Of a stretch of 64,000 bases of DNA, positions 9,544-20,026 are shown piece by piece. Each line of letters starts with the position of its first letter. Position 1 is the stretch's first letter. Source of the stretch: Candidatus Levybacteria bacterium RIFCSPHIGHO2_01_FULL_37_17 (GTDB lineage: Bacteria > Patescibacteriota > Microgenomatia > Levybacterales > UBA12049); assembly GCA_001782035.1 (NCBI GenBank), contig MFNL01000001.1, positions 148,078 to 212,077 on the forward strand. The letters are read 5' to 3'. A program made the translations under genes and the position numbers. The notes below the pieces were generated by a model. The model did not search any database. It saw nothing but the letters and a program-made list of their open reading frames with translations, and was not told the origin of the DNA.

Positions 9544-10832
9544 AAGATAATAAGTTCATAACGTCCGTTTGGCTCTATTTGCCAAATTCTTTTATTTACA
9601 GGAAGAGTTTTTACAATATCCTGCTTCTCATATAAGATTCCTCCAATATAAAATGGCACTTTCCCGGACTTTGCATGCGCATAAACGGGAATATCCCTGC
9701 TGCTTTTTTCGGCGTAGTATTTTACTTCCAGAAAGTTAAGAGAATTTTTTGGAATTATAATATCGCCCTCTTTTGCTTGCTTTGTTATTTCCAAAACTCC
9801 CGATTTAATATCTGCTTTAGTTTGCTTATTTAAAATTTCTATACTCGAAAGACCTAATGTTAATAGATAAAATGCGAGCAAAATAGTAAGTCCTGTCCTA
9901 AGCAGTGAATTTTTCTGCAAAAAATTATAAAGAGTATATCCAATAAATAAGATAAGTAATGGAGTCGATAAAATTAAATATCTCTCGTAATATATTGGAG
10001 TGAAATATTGTGAAAAGATAAAAGTAGCAATTACAGGAATAAATATTAGACCAATAATTAACCAAATAAAACTATTTTTTTCTTTAGTGAGTTTCAAAAT
10101 GAAAGACATAATTGAGGTTACAAATAAAATTCTGCTTAAGTATAAAATAATTAATTTTTGTGAATAATGAAGTTCACCAGAGGTAAATATTTTAAAGGTG
10201 GATGAAAAAGAAGAAAGCGTGGGCCTTGGAATCCAAAATCCTTCTTTAAATTTTGACCACTGCGCAAAAATTACCCCGCCCCATAAAAGCATTATTATAA
10301 CAGGGAAGCAGACTAGTTTTAAAAATTCTTTTTTATTAAAATTTTTTCGGTTTGCAATAAGCCACCAAACGATAACTATAAAAAAAGTAAGAACAGCGAA
10401 GTTGTGTGTGAAAATCGCCATTGCCAAAAAAGCTCCAGCTAATAAATTTTTATTTGTTTTTACAAAGTAGAGGGATAAAACCGAAAGAAATACTACCATA
10501 CTGTACGCTCTGGCTTCAAAAGCGTATTGGAGCAAAAAGGGATTTATAAGCGTTGCGAAAGCTATGATTAGCGATACAATTTTTGATTTAATCAATTTTG
10601 CGGCGAGTAAATAAATTAAAACTGTAGTACCTAAATGGAAGAAAAGTGAAAGGGTTCTTATGGAAACTTCTGTATTCCCAAATAAAATCATCCAAAAGTG
10701 TAGTAACAAATAGTAAAAAGGGGGGGAGGGATCCTGAGTAGATAGTACAAAAATCTGAAATATACTTTTCCCTGCCAATATAACCGAAAAAGCCTCGTCT
10801 CGCCAAAGGGATTGAGTTAATAGGGGCAACAT
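9540..10832 (-). CDS. GT-C fold glycosyltransferase, family 39/83 (PMT/ArnT-like)
   Basis: It is a polytopic membrane protein with a DE motif in the first loop (WRDEAFS) and the ArnT/PMT architecture. Confidence 0.65.
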   Translation of the reverse strand: MLPLLTQSLWRDEAFSVILAGKSIFQIFVLSTQDPSPPFYYLLLHFWMILFGNTEVSIRTLSLFFHLGTTVLIYLLAAKLIKSKIVSLIIAFATLINPFLLQYAFEARAYSMVVFLSVLSLYFVKTNKNLLAGAFLAMAIFTHNFAVLTFFIVIVWWLIANRKNFNKKEFLKLVCFPVIIMLLWGGVIFAQWSKFKEGFWIPRPTLSSFSSTFKIFTSGELHYSQKLIILYLSRILFVTSIMSFILKLTKEKNSFIWLIIGLIFIPVIATFIFSQYFTPIYYERYLILSTPLLILFIGYTLYNFLQKNSLLRTGLTILLAFYLLTLGLSSIEILNKQTKADIKSGVLEITKQAKEGDIIIPKNSLNFLEVKYYAEKSSRDIPVYAHAKSGKVPFYIGGILYEKQDIVKTLPVNKRIWQIEPNGRYELIIL

Positions 10833-10891
10833 AACATATTGAGTATAGCAAATAAATTGTAATTTAAAGAATATAACGCTAAGATTGATAA

Positions 10892-12280
10892 ATGAAATTC
10901 TGGGAAGACAAACATAAGCTAATACTTCTCATTTTTTTCCTCGCCTACATTGGTTATTTTTTACTCACATCTTTTCTTCGTCAAAATAATTTCCATACAG
11001 GAAAGTTTGATTTGGGAAATATGGACCAGACGGTTTGGAACACAATACATGGACGAATATTTGAAATGTCGGATGAAAATGGGATAATTATTTCGCGACT
11101 GGCTTTCCACGCAGATGTAATATTGGTTTTAATCTCTCCATTGTATTTGATTTGGGAAGATCCAAAAATGCTTCTTTTACTTCAGGTACTAATAGTTGCA
11201 GCTGGTTCATTTTTCGTATATGCCATAGCGCTTGAGATTATTAAGAATAAGAATTACGCCCTACTTCTTTCATTTGCATATTTACTTAACCCGGCTGTTG
11301 AAAGGGCAAATCTATATGATTTCCATCCGGTTGTGCTTGCAGCCACTTTTCTTTTAGCAACATTTTATTTTTATATAAAGAAAAACTATAAACTATTTAT
11401 ATTTTTTGCAGTACTTTCAGCATTGTGTAAAGAGGAAATTTGGGCCGCTGTTTCTTTATTTGGATTGCTGTTATTTTTCCAGCAAAAAAAACGTTTACTT
11501 GGTGGATTATTCTTTTTTACTAGTATAAGCATATTTTATTTACTTATCTGGCACATAATTCCGGCAGTTTCAGGAGCACAGCATTTTGCCATTTCTTATT
11601 ATTCTGATTTAGGCGACTCCCCCAGCAATATAGTTATTAGCATATTATCATCACCCGATAAAGTTCTTGATATTCTTACGCAGCCAGACAGGATAAATTA
11701 TCTTGTGAAATTATTTTATCCTCTTGGTTTTTTATCACTTTTTTCTCCTTTGTATCTTATATTTGCAATCCCCGATTTATTTATAAATCTTCTATCCCAA
11801 AGAAGCTTGTTTCGAGAATTTTACTATCATTACACAGCGACTATTTCCCCATTTATATTTATTTCGGCAATTTATTCTATTGCCATTTTAAAAAGAAAAA
11901 TAGCACCTAACATTATAAATGCATACATTTTATTATTCAGCCTTTTCGCTGCTTATCTTTACGGTCCTTTGCCGGGAGCTCGTGGACAAGATATAGCAAT
12001 GTATACCAAAATTGTAAAAAACCAATCATTTATTAACAAATACTTAGTGGCAATCCCAAAAAATTATAGCGTCGCAGTTACTAATAATCTAGGAGCACAC
12101 GTTTCTCAAAGACAAAAAGTTTATGTTTTGCCACATGGCATTGGTGAAGCCGATTTTATTATCTTTTTAAGAATAAGAGGAGTAGTAGAAAAACCTTTGC
12201 TTTTAAAAGTAGAAAATGACCCAAACTACAGTCTCATTTTAAAAAAGGAAGAATTCCTAGTTTTTAAAAAAATTAATTAA
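10892..12280 (+). CDS. DUF2079-like polytopic membrane protein (putative GT-C-like envelope protein)
   Basis: The FDLGNMDQ motif and the architecture typical of the DUF2079 family are present. It is adjacent to the glycosyltransferase genes. Confidence 0.5.
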   Translation: MKFWEDKHKLILLIFFLAYIGYFLLTSFLRQNNFHTGKFDLGNMDQTVWNTIHGRIFEMSDENGIIISRLAFHADVILVLISPLYLIWEDPKMLLLLQVLIVAAGSFFVYAIALEIIKNKNYALLLSFAYLLNPAVERANLYDFHPVVLAATFLLATFYFYIKKNYKLFIFFAVLSALCKEEIWAAVSLFGLLLFFQQKKRLLGGLFFFTSISIFYLLIWHIIPAVSGAQHFAISYYSDLGDSPSNIVISILSSPDKVLDILTQPDRINYLVKLFYPLGFLSLFSPLYLIFAIPDLFINLLSQRSLFREFYYHYTATISPFIFISAIYSIAILKRKIAPNIINAYILLFSLFAAYLYGPLPGARGQDIAMYTKIVKNQSFINKYLVAIPKNYSVAVTNNLGAHVSQRQKVYVLPHGIGEADFIIFLRIRGVVEKPLLLKVENDPNYSLILKKEEFLVFKKIN

Positions 12281-12283
12281 ACT

Positions 12284-12634
12284 ATGGATGAAAAAAAATT
12301 TGAGAAAATGGTTGAGGAGGCACTAGAATCTTTACCGCAAGGGTTCAAAGATAAATTAAATAATGTTGCCGTAACTATTGAAGATTCTCCTTCTAATTCT
12401 TTGCTCAATCAAATGGGGCTTCCATCCTGGGCTCTTTTATTCGGGCTTTATCAGGGGGTTCCACAAACAAAAAGGGGAATTTATTACTCGGCTCCTCCGG
12501 ATAAAATTACAATTTTTAAGCATTCAATACTTCGTGTCTCACGTACTCCTGAGCAAGTTCGGGCACAAGTTCGCGCTACTGTAATTCACGAAATTGGACA
12601 TCATTTTGGTCTTTCAGATAAAGAGCTTAAATAA
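12284..12634 (+). CDS. Zincin-like metallopeptidase family protein (HEIGHHFG motif)
   Basis: VIHEIGHHFGLSD is an HExxH Zn-binding motif in a protein of about 116 aa, resembling the Zincin_1/DUF1025 family. Confidence 0.6.
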   Translation: MDEKKFEKMVEEALESLPQGFKDKLNNVAVTIEDSPSNSLLNQMGLPSWALLFGLYQGVPQTKRGIYYSAPPDKITIFKHSILRVSRTPEQVRAQVRATVIHEIGHHFGLSDKELK

Positions 12635-12635
12635 A

Positions 12636-13256
12636 TTACTGGGGACAATTAAGTTGTTGTAGGCAAGCTATTTTACTATCTCCGGACAAATAGTTACATG
12701 TGCTGCAATTTGCACCTTCCCCTGACTTTGGAAGCGTATATGCTGAAAGGTCCATAAATTTAACATTTGAGGGTGGTGTAAATTTGTTATTATCTACTAA
12801 CCACGGAGAACATTTATAGTCTACTTTTTGGTTTACATCATAATATTGATTGAACTGCTCGTTGGTTTTTAGATCTTCTTCTTTTAAGGTCATTTTGAAC
12901 CCTGCTTCCATACCCGTTCCCCACATATAATTTACATCACCATCTCTTATTAGATAAAACATAGAAGTTTCCCCTTCTGTTTTAGTTGTTACATCTCCTC
13001 TCATCTTCTTTCCGGAGAAATAAAAAGTACCCGTTGTTGAAACATCAGACGTTGCATAAGTGAAATCGCATTTTTGATTTCCACCTTTTGCAAGAATACC
13101 CCAAAGATTAACGCTTGAAGTTTCCTGATCTGTTTTTGTAGGAGCTGGCGTTAAATTTGTTTCCTGCCCAGATTTGTTTTGTCCTAAAACTAGATACCCA
13201 CCGATTCCAAGGAGTATTAACACAACTACTATCGCACCAACTATTCTTGTATTCAT
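12636..13256 (-). CDS. Secreted or membrane-anchored Cys-rich hypothetical protein
   Basis: It has an N-terminal TM/signal anchor, and its C-terminal region holds 7 Cys. There is no recognisable family. Confidence 0.45.
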   Translation of the reverse strand: MNTRIVGAIVVVLILLGIGGYLVLGQNKSGQETNLTPAPTKTDQETSSVNLWGILAKGGNQKCDFTYATSDVSTTGTFYFSGKKMRGDVTTKTEGETSMFYLIRDGDVNYMWGTGMEAGFKMTLKEEDLKTNEQFNQYYDVNQKVDYKCSPWLVDNNKFTPPSNVKFMDLSAYTLPKSGEGANCSTCNYLSGDSKIACLQQLNCPQ

Positions 13257-13496
13257 AGGCTGATTTTATACCTGCATGAGTACTAAGTCAATAATATCTT
13301 TAAGTTACTTGACAAAAGGGAAGCGGTTGAGCACATAATAGAGTATGGCCAAAAAACAAAAGTCCAAATATAAGCATTTTCAACTGCACGGTAAGCATAC
13401 AAATCAAGAGGTATTTGTTTATATAGTAGTAGTTTTAACTATTTCTTTTTTGGTCGGAATCTTTCTTAAGTTTCAATTCCTGACCTTTGCTTCCCC

Positions 13497-14951
13497 TTAA
13501 ATTCTTGGAAATAGCTGACTTTGCGAACTTACTTCTTTTCCAGAAAATTGTTTCTTAATTTTATTTGAAGTTTCAGGTAAAAACGGTTGCAGCAGGATAG
13601 AAATTTCAGCTATTTGGTCAACTGAGTGGGCAAGAACTGAATTCAAGTCTCTGCCTTTTCTATTTGTTGATAATTTTAAGAGTTCCCATGGCTTCTCATC
13701 GTTTATAAACTTATCTAAAACTCTGATTTTTTTCCAAATTAAACTTAGTGCCTCGTTAAATTTATATTCCTCCATAAGTTTTTTATATTCATCATATTCT
13801 TTTATAAGATGAGGAGCTTTATCTGATGCAAACTGCTTGTATCCTGCGTTCTCACAAAGTTTTGCAACTCTTGCAACTAAATTTCCAAGTCCATTTGCAA
13901 GGTCTGCGTTATAAACTTCTTCAAATCGCTCAAATATAAAATCATGATCTTCTTGTATTGGCACTTGTGAAAGCAAATAGTATCTGATTGCCTCCAAGCC
14001 GTATTCATCTATAACATCTTTAGGATCAGGTGCGTTATCAAGTGATTTCGAAAATTTTTCCCCACCTTTCGCATTAACAAAACCATGAATTAATATCTGC
14101 TTAGGTAAAGAAATTCCGGCAGACAACAGCATCGCGGGCCAATAAACAGTATGGAAACGATTGATATCTTTTCCAATAACATGCAAATCTGCTGGCCACC
14201 ATTTCTCCCATTTTTCTTCATCCCATCCAAATCCGACCCCTGTCATATAAATATTTAGAGCGTCAAACCAAACATAAATCTTTTGGCTTGCATCGTTGGG
14301 AACCGGCACTCCAACTCCTTGCGCTCTTTCATTCGATCTCGAAACACTAAAATCATCCAACCCTTGTTTTATAAAAGATAAAGCTTCTTCTCTCTTGTTT
14401 TGAGGAATTATCTTAAGAGCGTTCGACTCAATAAGTTCTATTAATTTATTCTGATACTTTGAGAGTTTAAAAAAATAATTTTCTTCGGAAACCTTTTCAG
14501 GCTTTGTTTGGTGTATTGGACATATGCCATCTACTAGTTCACCACTATTTTTAAAAGATTCACACCCTATACAATAAAGCCCCTCGTAAGGTTTTTTGTA
14601 AATATCTCCGTTTTTCTCACACAATTTCCATAACTTTTGTACACCAGGCCAATGTTTTTTTTCATCTGACCCTCTTTGAAATACATCTAAATGAACTCCG
14701 ACGAGCTCGTAAGTATCTTTCCAAATCTTTGAATACTTATCCAGGTAATCTTTAATAGGTAAGCCCTCTTTTTTAGCAGCTTGCACGTTCTTTAAAGCGT
14801 TTTCGTCCGCTCCAGACAGAAGGAAAGTTTCTTCTCCTAAGTCTTGATGGTAGCGCCTTATAACATCGGCTTGGAAATATTCAAGCGTGTGTCCAACGTG
14901 GGGCCTTCCATTTACATAGGGAATAGCTGTTGTTAGATAGAACTTGTTCAT
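13497..14951 (-). CDS. metG: Methionyl-tRNA synthetase
   Basis: HIGH (PHVGHT) and KMSKS (KFSKS) class I motifs are present. The start is chosen at MNKFYLTTAIPYVNG, whereas the ORF track extends to 14999. Confidence 0.9.
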   Translation of the reverse strand: MNKFYLTTAIPYVNGRPHVGHTLEYFQADVIRRYHQDLGEETFLLSGADENALKNVQAAKKEGLPIKDYLDKYSKIWKDTYELVGVHLDVFQRGSDEKKHWPGVQKLWKLCEKNGDIYKKPYEGLYCIGCESFKNSGELVDGICPIHQTKPEKVSEENYFFKLSKYQNKLIELIESNALKIIPQNKREEALSFIKQGLDDFSVSRSNERAQGVGVPVPNDASQKIYVWFDALNIYMTGVGFGWDEEKWEKWWPADLHVIGKDINRFHTVYWPAMLLSAGISLPKQILIHGFVNAKGGEKFSKSLDNAPDPKDVIDEYGLEAIRYYLLSQVPIQEDHDFIFERFEEVYNADLANGLGNLVARVAKLCENAGYKQFASDKAPHLIKEYDEYKKLMEEYKFNEALSLIWKKIRVLDKFINDEKPWELLKLSTNRKGRDLNSVLAHSVDQIAEISILLQPFLPETSNKIKKQFSGKEVSSQSQLFPRI

Positions 14952-14964
14952 AGGCAGAATTATA

Positions 14965-15339
14965 TCAGAGTTTGTTTCTTTCTTTAAATAAAACCTCAAG
15001 TCCCAAGAAAAATATTACTACAAGAATTGGGAAAAGAGCCTGTTTTAATCCCAAAGCCCTTATAATAAGGATTATTGATACAGCGGTTGCAATAAGGAGT
15101 GCGTGTCTTTTGTTGGCCAAAATATACCAGAACGCCGACCAGAAAAAAATAAAAACTGCAAACAGCACAATTGGTAAAATTGGGATTTCTACTGCGTAAA
15201 GCGGAACTGAAAATTTCGGGGGGAAAAATAGCACAAGGTAAAAAAAAGAAATAAGCGAAAATGCCGAAATAAAAATAAGAGGCAATAGTGATTTTCTTTT
15301 ACGCATAAAACAGAGCAAGCCAAAGGCAAACGAACCCAA
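14965..15339 (-). CDS. Hypothetical small membrane protein (possibly the downstream half of a frameshifted gene)
   Basis: It has four TM helices and overlaps 15299..15505 in another frame. Confidence 0.3.
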   Translation of the reverse strand: MGSFAFGLLCFMRKRKSLLPLIFISAFSLISFFYLVLFFPPKFSVPLYAVEIPILPIVLFAVFIFFWSAFWYILANKRHALLIATAVSIILIIRALGLKQALFPILVVIFFLGLEVLFKERNKL

Positions 15340-15505
15340 TAATTCCTAGAATAATCATTCCGTGTTTTTCATATTTTGGGGCATCAAAGAAGTGCCCAAG
15401 TTGAGTAAACCAGTTTTTAATTCCTCTAAGTTGGAGAATGTCTCTTGCTATATGGACAAAGCAAAAAATTGCAATCGCCAAAAAAAATAACCTCACCATT
15501 ACCAT
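15299..15505 (-). CDS. Hypothetical small membrane protein (possibly the upstream half of a frameshifted gene)
   Basis: It has two TM helices and overlaps the ORF 14965..15339 by 41 nt. Confidence 0.3.
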   Translation of the reverse strand: MVMVRLFFLAIAIFCFVHIARDILQLRGIKNWFTQLGHFFDAPKYEKHGMIILGIIGFVCLWLALFYA

Positions 15506-15553
15506 TATAGAATAACAAAGTTATTTAAATACGGGCAAATTTAAAAATAACTC

Positions 15554-15590
15554 TTGACAAGTTTTAGCAGTTGTGATATCTTACTGCTAA
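15554..15590 (+). promoter_or_regulatory. hrcA-grpE-dnaK-dnaJ promoter (TTGACA) overlapped by a CIRCE operator TTAGCAGTT-N9-TACTGCTAA
   Basis: A 27-nt inverted repeat at 15564..15590 matches the CIRCE consensus at 8/9 plus 8/9 positions. TTGACA lies at 15554..15559. Confidence 0.8.
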
Positions 15591-15668
15591 CCTCGATACA
15601 ACGCAAATTTAGGCAGGTTAATATACTTCTGCCCGCGTGTATCCGGGGCGAGCTTATTTAAAAATTAT

Positions 15669-16400
15669 ATGCACGATTTAACAGCAAGGCAGGTTGAAAT
15701 CCTAAAAAGCTTAATTGAGGAATACATAGAAACGGCGGAAGCCGTTGGTTCCGAAACATTAGAAAAAAAGCACAATTTAAGCGCGTCCCCAGCGACAATT
15801 AGAAATGAAATGGTGCGTTTGACAGAGTTAGGATATCTTAAAAAGCTACACATTTCTGCAGGAAGAGTTCCAACTTCTGAGGGAATGAAATTCTATGTAA
15901 AGCAACTGATGAAGGAAAAAGAACTTTCGGTTGCCGAGGAAGTTTCATTAAAAGAAAAAGTCTGGGACTTGCGAGAAAAGGAAAAAGAATTCTTAAGAGA
16001 ACTAACCAGAACCTTAGCAGAAAGAACTAAAGCTTTGGCTGTTACAACTACAAACGAAGGAGATTTATTTTGTGCGGGTTATGCAAATTTACTTGACTCG
16101 AGAGAGTTTGAAGACATAGATGTTACAAAAAATCTTCTTTCTGTTATAGATGAGCTCGATTATTTTCAAAATTTATTTAGCGAGCAGGAAGATGATGATG
16201 AAACACATATTTTACTGGGAGAAGATTTAGGCCCAAAATTAAATGGCCCTTACGGGTTTGTTTATACAAAATATACAACGCCCGCAAGGTTAACTGGGGA
16301 AGTTGGAATACTAGGACCGGCAAGATTAAATTATAATCTTGTAGTCCCAACTGTAAGATATTTCGGACAATTAATTGAAGAAATAGCTGAGGGATGGTAA
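15669..16400 (+). CDS. hrcA: Heat-inducible transcription repressor HrcA (short form, 243 aa)
   Basis: The N-terminal wHTH (LTARQVEILKSLIEEYIETAEAVGSETL…ATIRNEMVRLTELGYL) is present. The gene lies upstream of grpE-dnaK and has a cognate CIRCE. Confidence 0.9.
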   Translation: MHDLTARQVEILKSLIEEYIETAEAVGSETLEKKHNLSASPATIRNEMVRLTELGYLKKLHISAGRVPTSEGMKFYVKQLMKEKELSVAEEVSLKEKVWDLREKEKEFLRELTRTLAERTKALAVTTTNEGDLFCAGYANLLDSREFEDIDVTKNLLSVIDELDYFQNLFSEQEDDDETHILLGEDLGPKLNGPYGFVYTKYTTPARLTGEVGILGPARLNYNLVVPTVRYFGQLIEEIAEGW

Positions 16401-16411
16401 TGTTTTAATAG

Positions 16412-16837
16412 ATGAAGAAACATGAAGAGCATAAAAAACAAACAAACGAGAACCTTGAAAACCAACTAAAAAGAGCACTGGCCGACTACCAGAACCTTGA
16501 AAAAAGGATAGCAAGCGAGAAATCAGATTGGATAAGGCTATCTAATAAAGATTTACTTCTACGGCTATTGCCCGGCCTTGATAGCTTGGTTTTGGCTGAA
16601 AAGCACACACAAGACCAAGGTGTTAAGCTTTCGATAGATCATTTTTTGGACATACTCAGAGCCGAGGGTGTCGAAAAAATAGACGTAACCGGAAAAAACT
16701 TCGATCCTTTACTTATGGAAGCAGTATCAACTAAACAGGGTAAAGAGGACGAAGTAGTTGAAGAAGTAAAAGCAGGATATACTTTAAATGGAGAAGTATT
16801 ACGTCCTGCACAAGTAATAGTTGGAAAGGAAAATTAA
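16412..16837 (+). CDS. grpE: Nucleotide exchange factor GrpE
   Basis: It has a coiled-coil N-terminus and the GrpE C-terminal beta-domain, and sits directly upstream of dnaK. Confidence 0.88.
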   Translation: MKKHEEHKKQTNENLENQLKRALADYQNLEKRIASEKSDWIRLSNKDLLLRLLPGLDSLVLAEKHTQDQGVKLSIDHFLDILRAEGVEKIDVTGKNFDPLLMEAVSTKQGKEDEVVEEVKAGYTLNGEVLRPAQVIVGKEN

Positions 16838-16838
16838 A

Positions 16839-18740
16839 ATGGGAAAAATAATTGGAATAGATTTAGGAACAACAAACAGTGCAGTTGCAGTTATGGAAGG
16901 CGGAAGTCCTAAGGTAATTCATTCGGCCGAGGGACGAAACGTCATTCCCTCTGTGGTTGATCCAATAAGTCACATTGTGGGAGACGTTGCAAAACGCCAG
17001 CTTGTTCTTAAGCCAAAAACTACGATATTTTCTATAAAAAGACTCATGGGTAAGAAATTTAAAGATGAGTCAGTTCAATTCGACATGAAATGGCTTCCCT
17101 ATAGCATTAAAGAAGGCCGTGACGGAATGGCTGTTGTTGAAGTAGAGGGAAGAACGTTCACCCCTCAGGAAATATCTGCAATGATTCTCCAAAAAATTAA
17201 GGCGGATGCAGAGGCGTATTTAGGCAGCAAGATTACGCAAGCTGTTATTACGGTTCCAGCATATTTTGATGATTCACAAAGACAAGCAACTAAGCAAGCA
17301 GGAGAAATTGCAGGACTGGAAGTACTCAGGATTATTAACGAACCAACCGCAGCATCTCTTGCATATGGATTGGACAAGAAAAATGCCCATACTATTGCAG
17401 TTTATGATTTAGGAGGCGGGACTTTCGATATTTCAATTTTAGAGCTTGGAGAAGGAGTTTATGAAGTAAAATCAACTAACGGAGATACTCATTTAGGGGG
17501 AGACGATTTTGATCAAGCAGTTATTGATTATATTGCTTCGGAGTTTCAAAAGGAAAATAATGTAGACTTAAGAGCCGACCCGCAAGCCTTGCAAAGACTT
17601 AGAGAATCTGCCGAGAAAGCCAAAATTGAGCTTTCTTCCTCTCAGGAAGCGCAAATTAACCAGCCGTTTATAACCCAAGGCTCATCTGGTCCTCTCCATT
17701 TGACAATGACGATAACGCGTCCACAGTTCGAAAAAATTGTCGATCCGCTTATCCAAAAAACATTAAAACCCGTAGAGCAGGCCCTTAAAGACGCAAAAGA
17801 TAAAGTTTCGGACATTCAAGAAATTGTTCTTGTAGGCGGAATGACAAGAATGCCAAAAGTTGTTGAAGCTGTTACAAAGTTTTTCGGAAAAGAGCCAAAC
17901 AAGAGTGTAAATCCGGATGAAGTAGTTGCAGTCGGGGCAGCTATTCAGGGAGGAGTTTTGGGAGGAGAAGTGAAAGACGTTCTTCTCCTTGATGTTACTC
18001 CGTTGACTCTTGGAATAGAAACCTTGGGTGGAGTCTCAACGCCTCTTATTGAAAAAAATACAACAATTCCAGCCAGCAAATCTCAAATATTTTCAACTGC
18101 TGCAGATAACCAGACTCAGGTCGAAATAAACGTACTCCAAGGAGAAAGACCAATGGCAGCTGACAATAAATCGTTGGGAAGGTTTATTCTTGATGGTATT
18201 CCGCCTGCTCCTCGAGGAGTTCCTCAAGTTGAAGTTACTTTTGATATTGATGCAAACGGGATTCTAAATGTAAAAGCGGCTGATAAAGCGACAGGCAAAG
18301 AGCAAAGCATTAAAATTCAAGGCTCAACCGGCTTAACTAAGGAAGAAGTCGAGAAAATGACTAAAGAGGCAGAAGCCCACGCCTCCGAAGATGCAGAGAA
18401 AAAAGCTAAAGTTGAAGCAAGAAACCAAGCTGACTCCTTAATATTTACGGCTGAGAAAACACTAAAAGATGCGGGAGATAAAGTAGCTGAAGCCGATAAA
18501 AAAGACATAGAGGGAAAAATCTCAGAGCTAAAGGGAGTTTTAGACAGCGGTTCAAAAGAAGATTTGGAACTTAAGTCAAAAGAACTTTCAGAGGCCTTGC
18601 AAAAAATAGGCGAGCAAATGTATAAACAAGAACAGCAAGCATCAGATCAGAATGGAGCGCCCGCAGAAGAAGCACCAAAAGAAGAAAAAAAAGACGAAGC
18701 TAAAAAAGACGAACCCGTTGAAGGTGAAGTCGTTAATTAA
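16839..18740 (+). CDS. dnaK: Molecular chaperone DnaK (Hsp70)
   Basis: [18 protein letters not shown] and the Hsp70 signatures are present. The ATG at 16839 lies 1 nt after the grpE stop. Confidence 0.97.
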   Translation: MGKIIGIDLGTTNSAVAVMEGGSPKVIHSAEGRNVIPSVVDPISHIVGDVAKRQLVLKPKTTIFSIKRLMGKKFKDESVQFDMKWLPYSIKEGRDGMAVVEVEGRTFTPQEISAMILQKIKADAEAYLGSKITQAVITVPAYFDDSQRQATKQAGEIAGLEVLRIINEPTAASLAYGLDKKNAHTIAVYDLGGGTFDISILELGEGVYEVKSTNGDTHLGGDDFDQAVIDYIASEFQKENNVDLRADPQALQRLRESAEKAKIELSSSQEAQINQPFITQGSSGPLHLTMTITRPQFEKIVDPLIQKTLKPVEQALKDAKDKVSDIQEIVLVGGMTRMPKVVEAVTKFFGKEPNKSVNPDEVVAVGAAIQGGVLGGEVKDVLLLDVTPLTLGIETLGGVSTPLIEKNTTIPASKSQIFSTAADNQTQVEINVLQGERPMAADNKSLGRFILDGIPPAPRGVPQVEVTFDIDANGILNVKAADKATGKEQSIKIQGSTGLTKEEVEKMTKEAEAHASEDAEKKAKVEARNQADSLIFTAEKTLKDAGDKVAEADKKDIEGKISELKGVLDSGSKEDLELKSKELSEALQKIGEQMYKQEQQASDQNGAPAEEAPKEEKKDEAKKDEPVEGEVVN

Positions 18741-18802
18741 TTTAATTCAATAGATAGAAATTTGAAGCGCGGATAACGCGCTTTTATATTATAATAAGAG
18801 CC

Positions 18803-19684
18803 ATGGCTGATAAAGATTACTATTCAATACTGGGGATTTCAAAAAACGCAACAGAGGCCGAAATAAAAAAAGCTTACAGAAAACTTGCTTTGGAATACCA
18901 TCCAGATAGAAATAAGGGTAAGGAAGCTGAAGCTAAATTTAAAGAAATTACAAAAGCTTACGAAGTATTATCAGACTCACAAAAAAGAAAAACATACGAT
19001 CAATTTGGAGAAGCAGCATTTGAACAAGGTGGAGCCGGTGGGCCGTTTGGAGCCGGTTTTGGCCAACGAGGCGGACAATACGGGCCATTTACTTACACTT
19101 ATACTAACAGTGGTGATTCCGGCAATTTTGACTTCGGAGGATTTTCCGACCCTTTTGAAATATTTGAGCAATTTTTTGGTGGCGCAAATCCTTTTGGAGC
19201 ACAAAGAGAACGAAGGCCTGTTTACTCCTTAAATATTTCGTTTTCGGAGGCCGTAAAGGGCGCAACTAAAAGAGTAAATATGGGTGGAAAAACTCAAACT
19301 ATAAAAATCCCGGCAGGTGTTGACACCGGCTCCAGAATTAGATTCGGAGACTTAGATATAATAGTGGAGGTTGAGCCAAGCAATAAATTCCAAAGACAAA
19401 GCTACGATGTTATTTCGGAAGAAGAAATCTCTTTTCCAAAAGCTGCTTTAGGTTCAACGCTTGACATAGAAACAGTAGAAGGGAATGTAAAAATAAAAAT
19501 TCCGGCCGGCACCCAGCCTGATACCCTAATTAGACTTCGGGGGAAAGGTGTCCAACACCTCCAAGGAAGCGGTAAGGGTGACCATTACGTTAGAGTAAAA
19601 GTAGTTATTCCTAAAAACTTAACTTCAAAACAAAAAGCATTACTTAAGGAATTTGACGAAGAGAAAAAATCAGGCTGGTTTTAA
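18803..19684 (+). CDS. dnaJ: DnaJ-domain co-chaperone, class II (J domain plus G/F region plus C-terminal domains, no Zn-finger)
   Basis: The J domain carries the HPD motif (YHPDRNK) and a Gly/Phe-rich linker follows. The protein contains no Cys, so the CxxCxGxG zinc finger is absent. Confidence 0.85.
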   Translation: MADKDYYSILGISKNATEAEIKKAYRKLALEYHPDRNKGKEAEAKFKEITKAYEVLSDSQKRKTYDQFGEAAFEQGGAGGPFGAGFGQRGGQYGPFTYTYTNSGDSGNFDFGGFSDPFEIFEQFFGGANPFGAQRERRPVYSLNISFSEAVKGATKRVNMGGKTQTIKIPAGVDTGSRIRFGDLDIIVEVEPSNKFQRQSYDVISEEEISFPKAALGSTLDIETVEGNVKIKIPAGTQPDTLIRLRGKGVQHLQGSGKGDHYVRVKVVIPKNLTSKQKALLKEFDEEKKSGWF

Positions 19685-19699
19685 TGGTATACTATTCTC

Positions 19700-20026
19700 A
19701 TGTGGAAGCTGCCCGTACTCATACTTAAATTTTGGTATTTTGAAGCTCCAGTTCTTCTTTTTGGGTATTTTTTAAATCTAAATAAGTCATTTTTTAATGC
19801 TTTTTCGCTTCCTCTTATGGTAAAAACGTTTTTTAAGCCATGGAAAAACGAATACAGGGAAGGACTAGTAAGATTTTCCATTATGATGGGTATTGCTTTC
19901 AAAACGCTATTTATTGCAGTCGATTTAGTCTTATTTTCGTTATTATTACTTTTTGAAATTACATTCTTTGTTGGGTTTCTTATTTTTCCACTTGTAATAT
20001 TTTATTTACCTTTTATTAAGTTATGA
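19700..20026 (+). CDS. Hypothetical small membrane protein
   Basis: It has three TM helices, and its stop overlaps the start of the Clp-like gene (ATGA). Confidence 0.4.
   Translation: MWKLPVLILKFWYFEAPVLLFGYFLNLNKSFFNAFSLPLMVKTFFKPWKNEYREGLVRFSIMMGIAFKTLFIAVDLVLFSLLLLFEITFFVGFLIFPLVIFYLPFIKL

Noticed and set aside
18885-19232. 115-aa plus-strand ORF within dnaJ in another frame
   Set aside because: It is nested inside the conserved J-domain and G/F-region coding sequence and is spurious.
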